Source of the DNA: Mobula birostris
Lineage: Eukaryota
Assembly (NCBI RefSeq): GCF_030028105.1
Contig: NC_092375.1
Span: 182,191,250-182,255,249 of the forward strand
Length of the DNA: 64,000 nucleotides
Reading direction: 5' to 3'
Part shown: positions 25,367 through 39,180 of the stretch, piece by piece
Layout: every line of letters starts with the position of its first letter
Numbering within the stretch: position 1 is the first letter of the stretch
The notes under the pieces: generated by a model
Told to the model about the DNA's origin: nothing
What the model saw: only the letters and a program-made list of their open reading frames with translations
The model's database searches: none
Made by a program: the position numbers and the translations under genes

Positions 25367-26290
25367 GAACACACACGAGATGCTGGAGGAACTCAGCAGG
25401 TCATGCAGTATCAATGGAAATGAATAAACAGTCAATGTTTTGGGCTGGACACTTCTAGAAAGGAAGGGGAAAGAAGCCAGAATAAGCAGTTGGGGAGGGG
25501 AAGGGATACAAGCCAGAAGGTGATAGGTGAAGCCAGGTTGGTGAGGAGGAAATGAGAAGCAGGGAGATGATAGAGGGGAAGGTAAAGGGCTGGAGAGGAA
25601 GGAATCTGATAGGAGAGGAGAGTGGACCATGGGAGAAAGGGAAGGAGGACCGATACAAGGGGGAGGTGATAGGCAGGTGAGGAAAAGAGGAGAGGTGAGA
25701 GGGGAGTAGTAGTGGGAATGGAAGAGGGAAAATTACTGGAAGTTGAAGAAATCAATGTTCAGGACATCAGGTTGGAGGCTACCCAGATGGAATATGGTGT
25801 TATTCCTCAAACCTGAGAGTAACCTCATAGTGACAGTAGAGGAGGCCATGAACTGACGTGTCAGAATGGAAATAAGGATAGGAATTAAAATGGTTGGACA
25901 CAGAAATACTGGTTGGACACTGAGAAATACTGATTTTTGCAAATGGAGCAAAAAATGCTCAACAATGTGGTCCCCCAATCTACATTGGGTCTCACCAATA
26001 TAGATCAGACTTCATCGGGAGCACCAGATACATCAGATAATCCCAGTAGATTCACAGGGAAGTGCTGCCTAACCTAGAAGGACTATTTAGGGCCCTGAGT
26101 GGAGGTGAACGGGCAGGTGTAGCACTTCTGCTTACAGGCATAAGTGCCAGGAGGGAGATTAGTGAGGAGGGCCAAATAGTCAAGGGCATCATGGAGGGAG
26201 CAATCTTTGTGGAAAACAGAGCAGGATTGGAGGTGGGGGTGGTAAAGGTATGGCTGGTGGTAAGATCCTGTTGAATGACGTGCTGGATGC
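25367..26290 (-). mobile_element. Penelope-like element 3' region: GIY-YIG endonuclease remnant plus terminal repeat
   Basis: Frameshifted CYTCPF..GPK.SF.VRQHF...YIGETQ..LGD.IVEH...IFHLGSLQPDVLNIDFFNF, followed by a pyrimidine-rich UTR and the decayed hammerhead module. Confidence 0.85.
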
Positions 26291-26505
26291 AAAGGCTCAT
26301 GGGGTGGTAGGTGATTAATGTATTAATAATGTCAGCATACATATGAACAGGACAGCTGGTGGGCATTTCAATGGAGCAGCAACACAGTCTCAGGGGCAAA
26401 AAGAGTTTTCATAGATTGCCACGGAAGAACAACTGAAATAGCAGATATCCTGAGGAACCCATTTCCAAAACTAAAAACACATGGTCATTAATATACACCT
26501 TAATA

Positions 26506-26584
26506 CAGGGGTTCCCAACTTGGGGTCCATGGACCTCTCAGTTAATGTTTAGGCTCCATGCATAGAACAGGTTGGGAACTGCTG
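26506..26584. mobile_element. hAT MITE copy
   Basis: TIR CAGGGGTTCCCAAC; 8-bp TSD ccttaata/cctcaata. Confidence 0.85.
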
Positions 26585-26641
26585 CCTCAATAAGATCTTA
26601 AGACATAGGGGCAGAATTAGGCCATTCAGTCCATCAATTCT

Positions 26642-26707
26642 ACTCTGCCATTCCATCATGGCTGATCCCAACCAACTCTGCCATTCCATCATGGCTGATC
26701 CCAACCA
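26642..26707. repeat. Perfect 33-bp tandem duplication within a CR1 tail fragment
   Basis: actctgccattccatcatggctgatcccaacca x2. Confidence 0.95.
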
Positions 26708-27854
26708 ATACACAAGTTCCTTGCCAACCTTGATGTCAACAGCAAAAATGAGAGTAGTGTGGAATTTAAAAAAATTCTATTTTGAGAATTCTGGTAATTA
26801 ACCCTTGTATAGAGTTATAACGGCTAGTGGAAATTCCTCTGAACACCATGTTGGAGGTGACAATTCCCAGCTTTGCCCCGTGAGAGCTACCCGAACAAAG
26901 AGAATTTAATTGTATTAACAGCAGCCCATTTTTGGCATTAATTTAATAATAAACGTTTCAATTTGCCCCACTTTTGACCCTGACCTGTAATATGGTAAGC
27001 AAAACAATTGCTATAAGTATGCTTTTCCTCACTAGATTTATATTTCCATTCACTATTTTTTTTTAAATTTTCAATGCATATTATCACCATAGTTATTAAA
27101 ATCTGTCCAATAGTGTGTTAACACAATGTTTTCATTGAATTAGTACTTAATGCCAAAGATATTGGAGTGCTCGGCATCCAAAGATCTTTGGCAGAATTTT
27201 ACTTATTTCAAGATTTTTTAAAACCACAATAACTTGCATCCAGCTTGGCTTTTGGCAGAGAGAGAAAAAAAAACATCAAAGACTATTGCTTGATATTTCT
27301 GTAGCAAATTATACTTGAAGGAGCCACTAAAAGGTCAAACTGTTTTTAAACTATTGTCTTGTTCTTTTGTAAAGGTTAAAACTAAGAGTGAATAAAAAAG
27401 GAAGAGAGAATGTAGGCCAATTAGAGTAGAAGCCAGACAGCAAATAAAGAATAAGATTATGTCTACTATTTTTTTTCTGCTGATTACTGCTGTTGCTAAT
27501 TTTTCACTGTACTTTTTAAATGAGTAGCAGTTTCCCCCCCCACCCCCCACCCCCAATATGTTGGCTACCTTCCACCAAGCACAAAAAATGCCCAGTATGG
27601 CAGTATGCCTAGAATTCATTCACTGCTTGTGTTATTATTTGCTTATCCTTCTACACAGTCATGAGTTGGAGAATGGGAAGAACCCCGAGACTGTTGCTGT
27701 GGTGAATAAAACGTTTAAATGATTGCAAACTGGAACAATAATTTAATAAACGAACAACAGAAAGCTGGCGATGGAAATAACTAATTATAGATGAGGGGGG
27801 AAATACAAACATCGCATGAAGTGAAAAGTTGAATGAACAGATTAATAATTGAAA

Positions 27855-28600
27855 AGGACTAGAATATAAAATCAACGATATAATGTTGAGGCTTTATAAA
27901 GAACTGGTATGGACTCACTTAGAGTATAGTGAGCAATTTTGGGCCTGTTATCTAAGAAGGGATATGCTGACATTGGAGAGGGTTCAAAGGAGGTTCACGA
28001 GATGGATTCTGAGATTGAAAGGCTTGTCACATGACAAACGTTTTATAGCTCTGGTCTGTACTCACTGGTAGTCAAAAGAATGAGGGGTGAACTCATTGAA
28101 ACCTATTGAATGTTGAAAGAAACTCAGCGGGCCAGGCAGCGTTTATGGAAAAGAGTAAGCAGTCAGTGTTTCAGGCTGAGACCCTTCAACGGGACTGTCT
28201 TGGACTGAAACATTGACTGTTTACTCTGTTCCATAGAAGCTGCCTGGCCTGCTGAGTTCCTCTAGCATTTTGGATGCGTTGTTTGGATGTCCAGCATCTT
28301 TATATTTTCTCGTGAATGGACACGGAAAGGTTGTTTCCTATCATGGAGGAGTCTAAGACCAGAGGACACAGCCACAGAATAGAGGGGTGTACTTTTAGAA
28401 TGGAGACAAGGAAGAACTTCTTTATCCACAGGCAGCTGTGGAAGCCAAGTTACTTAGAGCAAAGGTTGACAGATTCTTGATTAGTCAGGGCATGAAAGGA
28501 TACAGGGAGAAGGCAGGAGACTGGAGCTGAGAAGGAAATGGCTCAGCAATAATGAAATGGTGGAGTAGACTTCTTCTAGTTCTCCTATATCTTATGATCT
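27855..28600 (+). mobile_element. CR1 3' fragment interrupted by a Penelope-like palindrome (28112-28314)
   Basis: LYKELVWTHLEY and LERVQRRFT motifs; inserted inverted arms aactcagcgggccaggcagc / gctgcctggcctgctgagtt. Confidence 0.8.
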
Positions 28601-29734
28601 TAAGCTGACAGATAGTTTTGCAAAGAATGGTCAGACAAAAAAAAAAGACACTCAACCAAGGGGTTGTTTGGGGAGCAGGTGTATGCAATGCGGTGAATCA
28701 GGGAAGCAGGATGCTTCATGGTAAAATCTAATGCAATCCAGAAGATTGCTATGTTGAGTGAAGTCATCATGCAAGTAGATAAGAATAGGGCACAAGATAA
28801 CATGAAATATAGTCAAAACAGATTGAAAGTGTAGAAATCAAAGTTGTTTACATTAATTGGTTTGAATGGAGTTGGAACACACATCTTTAGATTACAGTCA
28901 AGTTGCTTAATTTGTGGTTAAATGTACTCAATATACAAATACCAGTATGATGTGTAGTTAAGACAATGATCAGATTCTGAAGTCACTTCCAATTTAAATA
29001 TTTCTGTATTTCATGTGGGCAATTGATATACTAGTACTCCCTCCCCATTTACCACCGACATTCTTTCCTGGACAAACGTTTTCTGCTACCGGGATAAACG
29101 GTATAATTTAGCAGCATTAACATGAGGAACTCAAACCCATTGGTCTTTATTGATGCAAACTACAAGAGTACTCATATAAAGGTGGTCAAACAAATCTGAT
29201 TGAGGATACAGTGTCGGTTTGGAGATTAGTACATAGATCTTCCTGTGCTAATCCACATTTTAAACATGTTGAAGTGTAATACTAGAAATATATTTGTAAT
29301 ACTTCGAGAAAAGTATACTTCTATCAATTTCCACATACTTTTAAAAATAATGGCACATTGGAGATGAGGTTCTGAATTTATATCCATTTGTTAAACTCAG
29401 TGGATAATAATAGACGCAATTCTTCCTGTTCCACTAAATGCCAGACACAGATCAATCTAAACAAGTATCCAAGATAGGGCTGTACCATAATGTATCACAC
29501 CTGAATGTTTAAGGCTTTCTATAATGCCAAGTTTATTAGTAGCCTTGCACCCCATTTAGCTCACAGAATAACACTAAAAATACTGAAAATGTTTCAGATT
29601 TAAAGCTTCTGCCGCAGTGCCCACTGGCCTGAACTGTTTACCTCTCCTCAGATGCTGACTGTTCTGTTGAATGTTCGACTTTTATTTCTGATTTCTGACG
29701 TCTGCATTATTTTGCACTTGTGTCAAACCATGGA

Positions 29735-30680
29735 TTAATAAACAGGAGCAGAATTAGGTCATTCAGCTCATTGAGTCTGCTCCACCATTCCATCATGGCT
29801 GATCGCAGAACCTACTCAACCCAGACACCCGCCTTCTCGCCATGTCCTTTGATGCACTGACTGATCAGCAAATGATCAACTTCTGCCTTAAATATATGCA
29901 CAGGCTTGGCCTCCACCGCAGGCCTGTGGCGGAGCATTCCACAGATATACTACTCTCTAGCTAAAAAAAAAACTCCCTACTTCTCTTCTAAAGGATCACC
30001 CCTCAGTTTTGAGGCTGTGCCCCCTAGTTCTGAATACCCCCACCATAGGAAACATCCTCTCTATATCCATCTCATCTAGTCCTTTCAACATTTGGTAGGT
30101 TTCAGTGAGATCCCTCCACATTCACCTAAGTTCCAGTGAGTACAGGCCGAAAGCAGCCAAATGCTCCTCATATGTTAACCACTTCATTCCCAGAATCATC
30201 CTTGTGAACCTCCTCTGGACTCTCTCCAAAGACAATACATCCTTTCTGAGATATGGGGCCCAAAACTGTTGTCAATACTCCAAGTGCAGCCTAACTAGTG
30301 TCTTATAAAGGCTCAGCATTATCTCGTTGCTTTTATATTCTATTCCCCTTGAAATAAATGCTAACATTGCAGTTGCCTTCTTTACCACAGACTCAACCTG
30401 TAAAATAACCTTCTGCAAATTTTGCACGACTCCTAAATCCCTTTGCACCTCTGATGTTTGAACCTTCTCCCCATTTAGATAATAGTTTTCACTATTGTTC
30501 GTTTTACCAAAATGCATTATCATACATTTCTCAATACTGTATTCCATCTGCCACTTTTTTTTTGCCCCTTTTCCAATCTGTCCAACTCCTGCTGCAATAA
30601 CATTGCTTCCTCAGCACTACCTACCCCTCCATCTATCTTCGTATAATCCACAAACTTTGCCACAAAGTTATCAATTCCAT
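29735..30680 (-). mobile_element. CR1 3' fragment
   Basis: AKFVDYTKI, QRDLGV and LYKTLVRLHLEY on the minus strand, plus CR1 tail. Confidence 0.85.
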
Positions 30681-31222
30681 TTAGCTTGAAATTGAAAGCA
30701 TTATGACTAAAAATTTGCAAACTGATGTAGAATAGTGCTCTCATTGTAGAGTGCATCGCACTTCAACATGGTCTATTTTAACTTTCAGTGAAAATATGCA
30801 TTTAAAACATTTGATTTTACTTCTCTATGCTACTAAATCTTTGTGGTGTTATAGGGATTACCCTCAATTGTTGATTATTAAAAATATTGATTTTGAATAT
30901 TTTCAAAAAGTATTTTGACAGGTAGATGGAGCGTAACAATTATTTCATTCTCCTTTACACTTGTGTATAGAAAATTATATTAAACAATTTTGAATCTTTA
31001 TAAGAATTTATCTAGAATTATATTAAATGCTGAGACATCCATAAATCTCATGTTTAGCTCATTTATCATTTAATTTTTCCCATTGGGTTTGGTAATATTT
31101 GACAAATAATCTCTTCATTGAAAATGTTACACTTCCCAGAGCGTAAACCTAACATTATTAAAGCTGTCAAAAGAATATTAGAATAAATATAGTTCCTTCA
31201 TAGTCTTACCCAGGTGACCACT

Positions 31223-31451
31223 TGTGGTAAACCATGTATATATGTTGTAACTGGATTACCTGTCTGGACACCCATCTCTGCTGACTGCCCCTGTGGCTCC
31301 TCCCACAGAGTCCTGTATAAAGGTGTTCACCTTGCCCCTCCCCCTCAGTCCAGGGGCAGACACTCACTGTGGAGGTCGTATTGTACAGCGAATAAAAGCC
31401 TTTCAGTATTTTACCAAACCTCAGTCTCTTGGAGTAATTGAAGGTGCTTCA
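31223..31451 (+). mobile_element. Solo LTR (229 bp)
   Basis: TG...CA termini, perfect 5-bp TSD ccact (31218-31222 and 31452-31456), TATAAA near 31316 and AATAAA at 31391. Confidence 0.85.
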
Positions 31452-32324
31452 CCACTGAAACCATCATGCATACGAATAGTAGAAACTGTTAACTCTTTCA
31501 GAGCAGTTTTTTTTCCCCAAAATTTCTTACATTTTCAGAAAATATGTTGAAACAAGTACACCCCAAAGTTAGAGCAGTTTAGGTAATGGAAATTCACCTT
31601 TGTGGAATTCACAAACTACTACCAAAAATTGTGATGCAGAATACAAGTTCACCCTTACAGCAGTTATATGAAAATAAATACACATAAAATATATACAGAG
31701 AACTGAACCAGTTTAACCGAGGATACATTAAGGATCACAGACAGAATGTGCAAAGTTCACACAGACGGGATCCAGTCAAGATTGAACTCAAGTCACTGGC
31801 ACTCTGAGCATGTGGTTCTATTAGTGCTACATGACTTCTGAGCTGAACTGTACTCTTTGCATTAAACATAAAAACTGCTCTCTTCCAAACACCGATTTTA
31901 TTGCTGACTTCAGCATATTAAAATATGAACTTAATTGACATGGTAGGCTTTAAGGAGTATTCAAAAAGAAGGGCGAACAACAACAAGGAAGGTGATATAC
32001 TAATGAGGGAATTCTTGAATCACTTAGTACTGGAGACTGGTGAATTGATTTGAAGTTACTGAAGTGTAATATTCTAAAATGAAAGAGATACAGAAACTTA
32101 GAAGGATCTAGGGCTAACTAAAGTAACCAAAATTGAAAGATAAAAATTATTTATGTCAATATTTGAATACAGTCAGACTAGGCACGAGTAGAATTTCCAA
32201 AACAACCTACTTATATAATAATTGCAGAGGATCTTTGAAATCTCACTCTCTAGTGTAGGACAGAGTATTTTCCCTACTTTGAGAGGAATTTTATTTCACT
32301 TTCTATGTTGAAGATGGTTTGGAT

Positions 32325-32404
32325 CAGGGATTCCCAACCTTTCTCATGCCATTGACCTTTACCATTAACCGAGCGGTTCATGGACCCCAGGTTGGGAGCC
32401 CCTG
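32325..32404. mobile_element. hAT MITE copy (opposite orientation)
   Basis: TIRs CAGGGATTCCCAACCT / AGGTTGGGAGCCCCTG. Confidence 0.8.
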
Positions 32405-35400
32405 GTCTGGGTGAATGCTTGCAAAGTGAAGGATGCCAGCATTATGGTAATTATCTAGATATTAATTACTATATCCTGAAAAATCAAAAAAAATTTGGAA
32501 TTGTTTACCTAAACGTAAACTGAATTTACAGGGCTTAGCAAATCAGAATCAGATTTAATATCACTGCCACAGGTCATGAAATTTGTTAACTTTGCAGCAG
32601 CAGTACAATGTAATACACAAGAGAAAAAACTGAATTACAGAAGGGAAGAAGCTGATCCTGATTTGTTGAGTATGTGATAAACAGTGATTATTAATCTGCT
32701 TTAAGATGACTGAACAGAGGCCTAACTTTGTTCATCATCCAATAGGTAATTCCCCAGTATTTGTGTCAGTGAATCTTATGTAGCACTGGCCTCCTCTCAA
32801 CCCGGACTTTGTGAGCAGATCAAAACACTAGCAGATTACATATTACAGATCTGTCACCAGACCGAGTTTTCATCTGAAATCCTATATGAAAAGTCCTGGA
32901 CTTAATGCAGTTTAAATAGCTAAATACTGAAAGAACTGTTTAGAACCGCTAGCATTAGCTAGACAGATCCAGCCAGATTATCCATAATAAGATTTGCAAT
33001 GTTAAAAGGAAGTTTCTACATTTCATAGTGTCTATTGTACTTACTAATAATATTCTGTCCTACTGTGCAAAATTTATATGGATGCAGCCAAGCATTGAAC
33101 AACAATTGTATATAAATAGATTTTATTTTCTTATAATGACACCCCTTGATGATTAAGCTAAAGAATGAATGGAGCTGTAGAATTATTGAAACTGCTTTGA
33201 GTTGAAGGTAGCAATTGATTTTAATAAAATCATTGTATGTTGCTATGCTTTCCATGGGCATTCACTTTTGACTCTAACAGTTAGAACAAGCAGCAAGTGC
33301 TACAATAGTAGCAGTCTCAGCTTTAGTAACTAATTTACATCTCATTAACAATGGTGGATGTATAAAGCAGTTTGTGTTGTTTGTGTGTCAAATCTGGTGT
33401 GAGCATCAAGTATATCAAAGTGGAACAGGATACATTAATTTAGAAACTGATCGAGGAAAATGAAATCAATACCTCTAGTATCACTTTAATATCAATAAGC
33501 CAATGGATATATATAGTTATGTTGTGTATTAATTATATTATCAAGATGTTTAATAAAATATTCTTCAACTCTGAAGTTGAACATCAGTATAGGTATAAGG
33601 AATACATGTTCAATAAATTGATATGCTGTGGCCATTTGAATGGCTGTAGAATTGGAGCAATGCTTAAATATTGCCATCTACATTTCTTTCACCCATATAA
33701 GAAAAAAAGTCACACACTAAAATATTTCTTCACAGTCATACTACCACTGGAAGTGAGGGAATCACTAAAAATGTCTTACACTTAAAACCATAAAAGCAAC
33801 AATTGTTGTGACTCCAGTTTTGTATTGAAGATAAACACTTCACCAAGAATAACATTATTACTTTGACCCATAAAAATCTACCCATATTCTTCTTCCTATT
33901 ATGAAATTATTATGGTAACTATCTGAAATGGATTACTACTGTGTAAATGAGGTATGCATCTCCTACATACAAGTTTCAGATTTTGCCTTGCTTAAGCCAA
34001 GGCAAACTCATTAAATGTTACAGAAAACAAGTCATAAATTATGCATTTGCATTCTCAAATCTATTTCTGACAAATATAACACTTCACTGTAGATTTCAAC
34101 ACCACAGAGAGAACTACTTTAATCAAAAAGCGACTACGTTCCACAGAATTGTTTCTATTTTAATATTTCTACAATCGAATTACTTCAAATACAAACTATC
34201 CGATACCTTCATTATAAAAAAAGTTGCATTTTCCAAAATATGATGGGTGAAGTATTCTGTATCTACAAAGAATTCATTTTCGTATTTATTTCCTCTTCAT
34301 TGAAGCAAAAAGGAAACAAAGATCACAGCTGTTTGCTTCTCTACTAACATTTCCAAATGCCCAAATTTGATTAGAAACATATAGACTACATTTACTGACC
34401 ATTTTCATCTGGGCTGGTAGATTTTTTTAGGTATTAGTATAATCAAGGTTTGTGCAGGAAAACAGTGCAAAAATAATGGATGGGGAAAGTGGCCTACTTC
34501 TGTTTGTGTTTCTTACATTCCTACGGTTATGTTGATCAGAAAATGCAATTATTTCCAATGGATTTTGGGGGCTGCATTCTGTAGCTGCATGGATTATCAA
34601 TGATTCAAATGATTTTCCAATGTTGCAATTGAGAAAATCTCTCAAAAGAGGCCACCTTCTAAAGACAATGCCTCAAAAACGTGGTATCCATCAGTAAGGA
34701 TATGTAATATTGGGCCAGTCAAGCCCTTTCTTCCAAGAGCGTCTCGACTATGATGGCTGCTTGTTTAACTGAATAAAGCTTCTATATCCACCAGCTTCAG
34801 TGTTTCTCTGGTGACTTTGTTCAGTCACAACAAACACAACCTCACTACTTATTTAATATCTTGTATATATTTCTTAATGTAATTTATGGTATTCTATGCA
34901 TTGCATTGTATTGCAGCTGCAAAACAAATCTCACAACATGTCAGGGATATTAAATCTGATTCCTTTTTATGATGAGTATAGTTCATTTTGTATCATCAAT
35001 GTATTCATTTCATTTGATTGATGATCCCAGCATATGATCTTATATCCACTGAATTGTGCTGATATTTGACATTTGCAGTCTTGAGCATGGTAGAACTTAT
35101 TTCAAATCCTCATACTTTCATGACTGTGAATGAAGTCGCCAGAGATACACAATGTGTAGATATAAAAGCCTTTATTTGGGACAAGCCTTTGGAGTCACTC
35201 GACAGAGCGAGACACTCCCTGGCCCAACATTACAGCACATTTTTATTTGTTAAAAGAACAAAAGGTATCAGGACAATTACTATAGTTACAATACCCTCAT
35301 AATGCTTCTTTTAGGTTACATGCAATTTTTCCAAATTCCTTGATATTCCTGCCAAAATGAATGTTAATACAGTCCCAGAGTCACATTCATGCATTGCGTT

Positions 35401-37762
35401 GTCGATTGCATTCATGCAAACACAGACATCTCAAGTCAATTAGATGTTTCCTGGTCTGCAATTTACTCTATATAAAAAAAAAATGCAGCTCCAGGAAGAC
35501 TATTGTTCTGAGCTGCATTTTAAATTCAATCTACAATCCATATTCAGACCTGAAGACAGGTTGCTGTTGAAATTAGCATTTGCTATATTGCACCTCCAGA
35601 ATATGCCCTAACAATACCAGCAGGATAAAAGCTTGAAAAGGCTATTCCTACGTTGACTGAGCTGAAAGGCTTCAGTATTTATTTCAATTGTTTGCTTGGC
35701 AATAAACTGAATTATTCAAAGTAAAGGCAATTAGAAATGTAGTGCTGTGGGGCCTCAAACTACAGTTGTGTAAATATATATATATATTTTTCATTTCTTA
35801 TTACCAAATGTTCTATCTACATTAGGATTTCACTGACAATGGAGTTCTATAAATAAACTTCCAAAGCAGTATGAAAACAAATTCATCTGATTCATCTGCC
35901 TAGCTATATACAAGATGAATCAATCTGAATGTATTTAAATGTAGTAGCCATTAATTTAATGGGTGGAAAAATACAGGTTAAAATGAAAACACATGATAAT
36001 TTAAAAGAAATGCAACTACAAGAGTTTACTTGAAGCAAAGTGTCAATCTATCTGTGCCATACATAATCATCCTAAAAATACAATGTACTTGACTAACAAA
36101 CTGCTGTGTAAATGTATTTGTGAATGACAAGGCTATGGCAAAACCAATATTCTAGCAACTCATTTTAAACAGCTATTAGCTTTTACTTGCTATTTTGCTG
36201 TGAATAAACTGTCTTTAAACTGAACATTAGCGTAAGAGTAAGTACCTAAATATATCACTGTATGAGTCCCCAAATGGTAGGTTTCAAAAAAAAAACAGAC
36301 TCGTATTTCAATCTCTGTTTCAATAAAGAAAGGTGGTTGTAGTGATTCCCACCACCCCCACCCCCCAAGTTCTAGAAGCTGTTGAAGTAAATGAAATTTT
36401 CTTTGCCTGCTCTACATTTAATGCGTTTAAGCATTACTAATCAGCTTCTATTTCATTCAGATTTGCCTGCTTATATTTATACTTTGACAGTAACCCAAGA
36501 GCCTGACTCAGCAAAGATAGTGATTACTTTTTAGGTAACTTAAACATTACATCACTGTTAGGGCGTGTAGTCTTCTGAGAATGATGCCTAGGCATATTCC
36601 TGAGTTAGGGGAAGGTGAAATTTATTTCCCATATGATCTCTGATGCATCACTGACAATGTTTTTCCCAGAGATGAAGATTATTCTAGTCCTCAGCATTTA
36701 TATTTCTCATCACAATGAAATCACCTGCTGCAAACATAGTTCAAAAGAAATATGATGGATGATATTGAGTTTCTGAAGCTCTTGGAATTTATGTGTTCTT
36801 CAAGCTGCTCAATACATACACACTACTTTCTCAGTGTGCATATTTACTTTTTTATCATTCATGTTCTTTGACATAGATCATGAATTAAAATTAGATTTTA
36901 CATTAAATTGTAGGAATAACTAATTTCACAGTATTCTACTCACTGAATAAACCTCAAAATTTTAATACTCGGGGTGGCTACATGCATTGTACAAGCAGAT
37001 ATTTCTACATTCAGTGTTCTACATTGAGGAAATTACAATTCCATCATTTTAATTACAATTCCATCTTAGCAGGTAAATAAGCTGAGGTAATGAATTATAT
37101 AAAATAATTTAATTTTAGGCTTGACCAGTGCTGAGTTAGTTTGCCTCAATTGGAATGATAATGGTGCACAATGATCATGTCTTCCAGGTATATGTTAATC
37201 AACGTATACGTTGATACGTTAATCAAAGTATCTTCCTTTAATAATCATCCTGCTGGAAGGAAACTGCATAAAGGCAAGATCTGATTCATTTGACTTGCAA
37301 TCCCACATGGTTGAAAGTCTTGCTGCTTCCTTTCTATGGGTATGTACACGAAATATGACAGCCAGCACTAAGGGAATTGTTCTAAGCACTTTTCGGAAAT
37401 GTTAGACAAAATTAGTAGAGAATTAAAAGCTAGGAAGCAGCAGGCTTGTTTCTGAAACTCAGAATTCATGGACATGTTAAAATTCACTAATAACAGAATT
37501 GAAAGTGGAAAAAAAACCTATACAGCTTCAATCTATGCTGTAGAATTTTCATAAGTATATTATGAATAATTTCACATCATAACCAACCACAGTTAAAAGA
37601 ATAAACTTCAATGATGCATTTCAAAAATAGCAGTCATTCATAAAGTTAACTAAACCTTCTAACTCAGATACCCAATCTTAGCAGTAGATTTAGTTGAGAC
37701 ATATTTTGTGAAAGCTGCTAACAAATACATTTTCTCATTTTCCACTGAATTATCAACTAGAG

Positions 37763-37833
37763 CAGAGGTTCCCAACCTGTAGTCGATGGAGCTCTGTAGA
37801 GGTCCATGGAATAAAAAAGGTTGGGAATCACCA
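37763..37833. mobile_element. hAT MITE copy
   Basis: TIR CAGAGGTTCCCAACCT; TSD aactagag/aacaagag. Confidence 0.8.
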
Positions 37834-38309
37834 AACAAGAGGGAAAGACAAGGAGTGGATGCTCATCTATTAATATTGATAGATACAACTGTAGAAATCA
37901 GAAGCTCTTTTTAAATACCTCGCATAGAAGCATTAGGAACAGTACCATTCAGTCCATTGGGTTTGCTCAGCCATTTGACACGATTGATGCAATGCACTAG
38001 CTTTCTTTTCCTGTATTTTGATGCTCTTACCCACTGTACAAGAAAAAATCTAGTCTTGCAAGCACCAGTTTAGAAAAAGTTTCTAATTGCTGCTCTGTTA
38101 CAGGGACAGTATGTGTGAAGGGCATTTTTCCGATTTTTATCTCTGATTTTCAGATTACATTATTTATTCTTGATTTAACCACCAGACAAAATATAATCTT
38201 TGTTACCCTAGCAAATTCCTTAACATTTTAAACATTTCAATCAGATTACCCCATGATCTCCAGTACTCAGGGGGGGTAGAAGATAAACTTTATACTGTAC
38301 AGTCAGAAT

Positions 38310-39180
38310 TTAGAACATAGAACAGAAGAGCACAGTACAGACACTTGGTCCCTAATGTTACACCAACTTATATAAACCCACTCCATGATTAATTTAATCC
38401 TTTCCTCCTACACAGTCCATGACCTTCCATTTTCTTACATCCATGTGCTTATCTCAAAGTTCCAAGTAAAATTTATAATCAGAGGACATGCAAGTCACCA
38501 CATACGACACTGCGAATCTCCTTCTGCAGGCATACTTAGCAAATCTATAGAACAGTAACTGTAAACAGGATCAGTGGACAGCAAACTGTGCAAACACAGA
38601 TAATATATATTAATAAATAACGAGCATGAAACAATAAGATAAAGAGTCCTTAAAGTGAGACCATCCGTTGCGAGAATGCCAGAAGTAGAATGAGTGTGGC
38701 TATCACCTTTTGTTCAAGAGCCTGATGATTGAGGGGTAGTAACTGTTCTTGAACCTGGTGGTTCAAGTACTGAGGCTCTTTCACCTTCTACCCGATAGCA
38801 GCAGCAAGGAAAGGGCATGGCCTGGGTGGTGAGGATCTTTGATGCTGGATGCTGCTTTTTTTATCTCATTTGAAATGTTCCCTCATTCTCAACTACTACC
38901 CCCAGCAGTGTGTTCCAAGCACCCACCATTCTGTGTAAAAAAAAACCTACCTTTGACTCTCCCCTAAACTTTAGTCCACTCACCTTAAACAGATGTCCTT
39001 TGGATTTGACTATGACCACACTGGGGAAAAAAGGAGCTTGCTGTCCATTCTACCTATGCCTCTCATAATCTTATACCCCTCTATCAAGTTGTCTTTCATC
39101 CCCCGTCACTCCAAAGGGATAATCCATTGTTACCCTCATAATTTAAGTCTCAGTCTTATTCTGATGAATCTGTACTGCAT
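38310..39180 (-). mobile_element. CR1 3' fragment interrupted by a Rex 3' fragment (~38455-38860)
   Basis: (tagaaca)n CR1 tail; Rex motif aactgttcttgaacctggtg. Confidence 0.7.
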
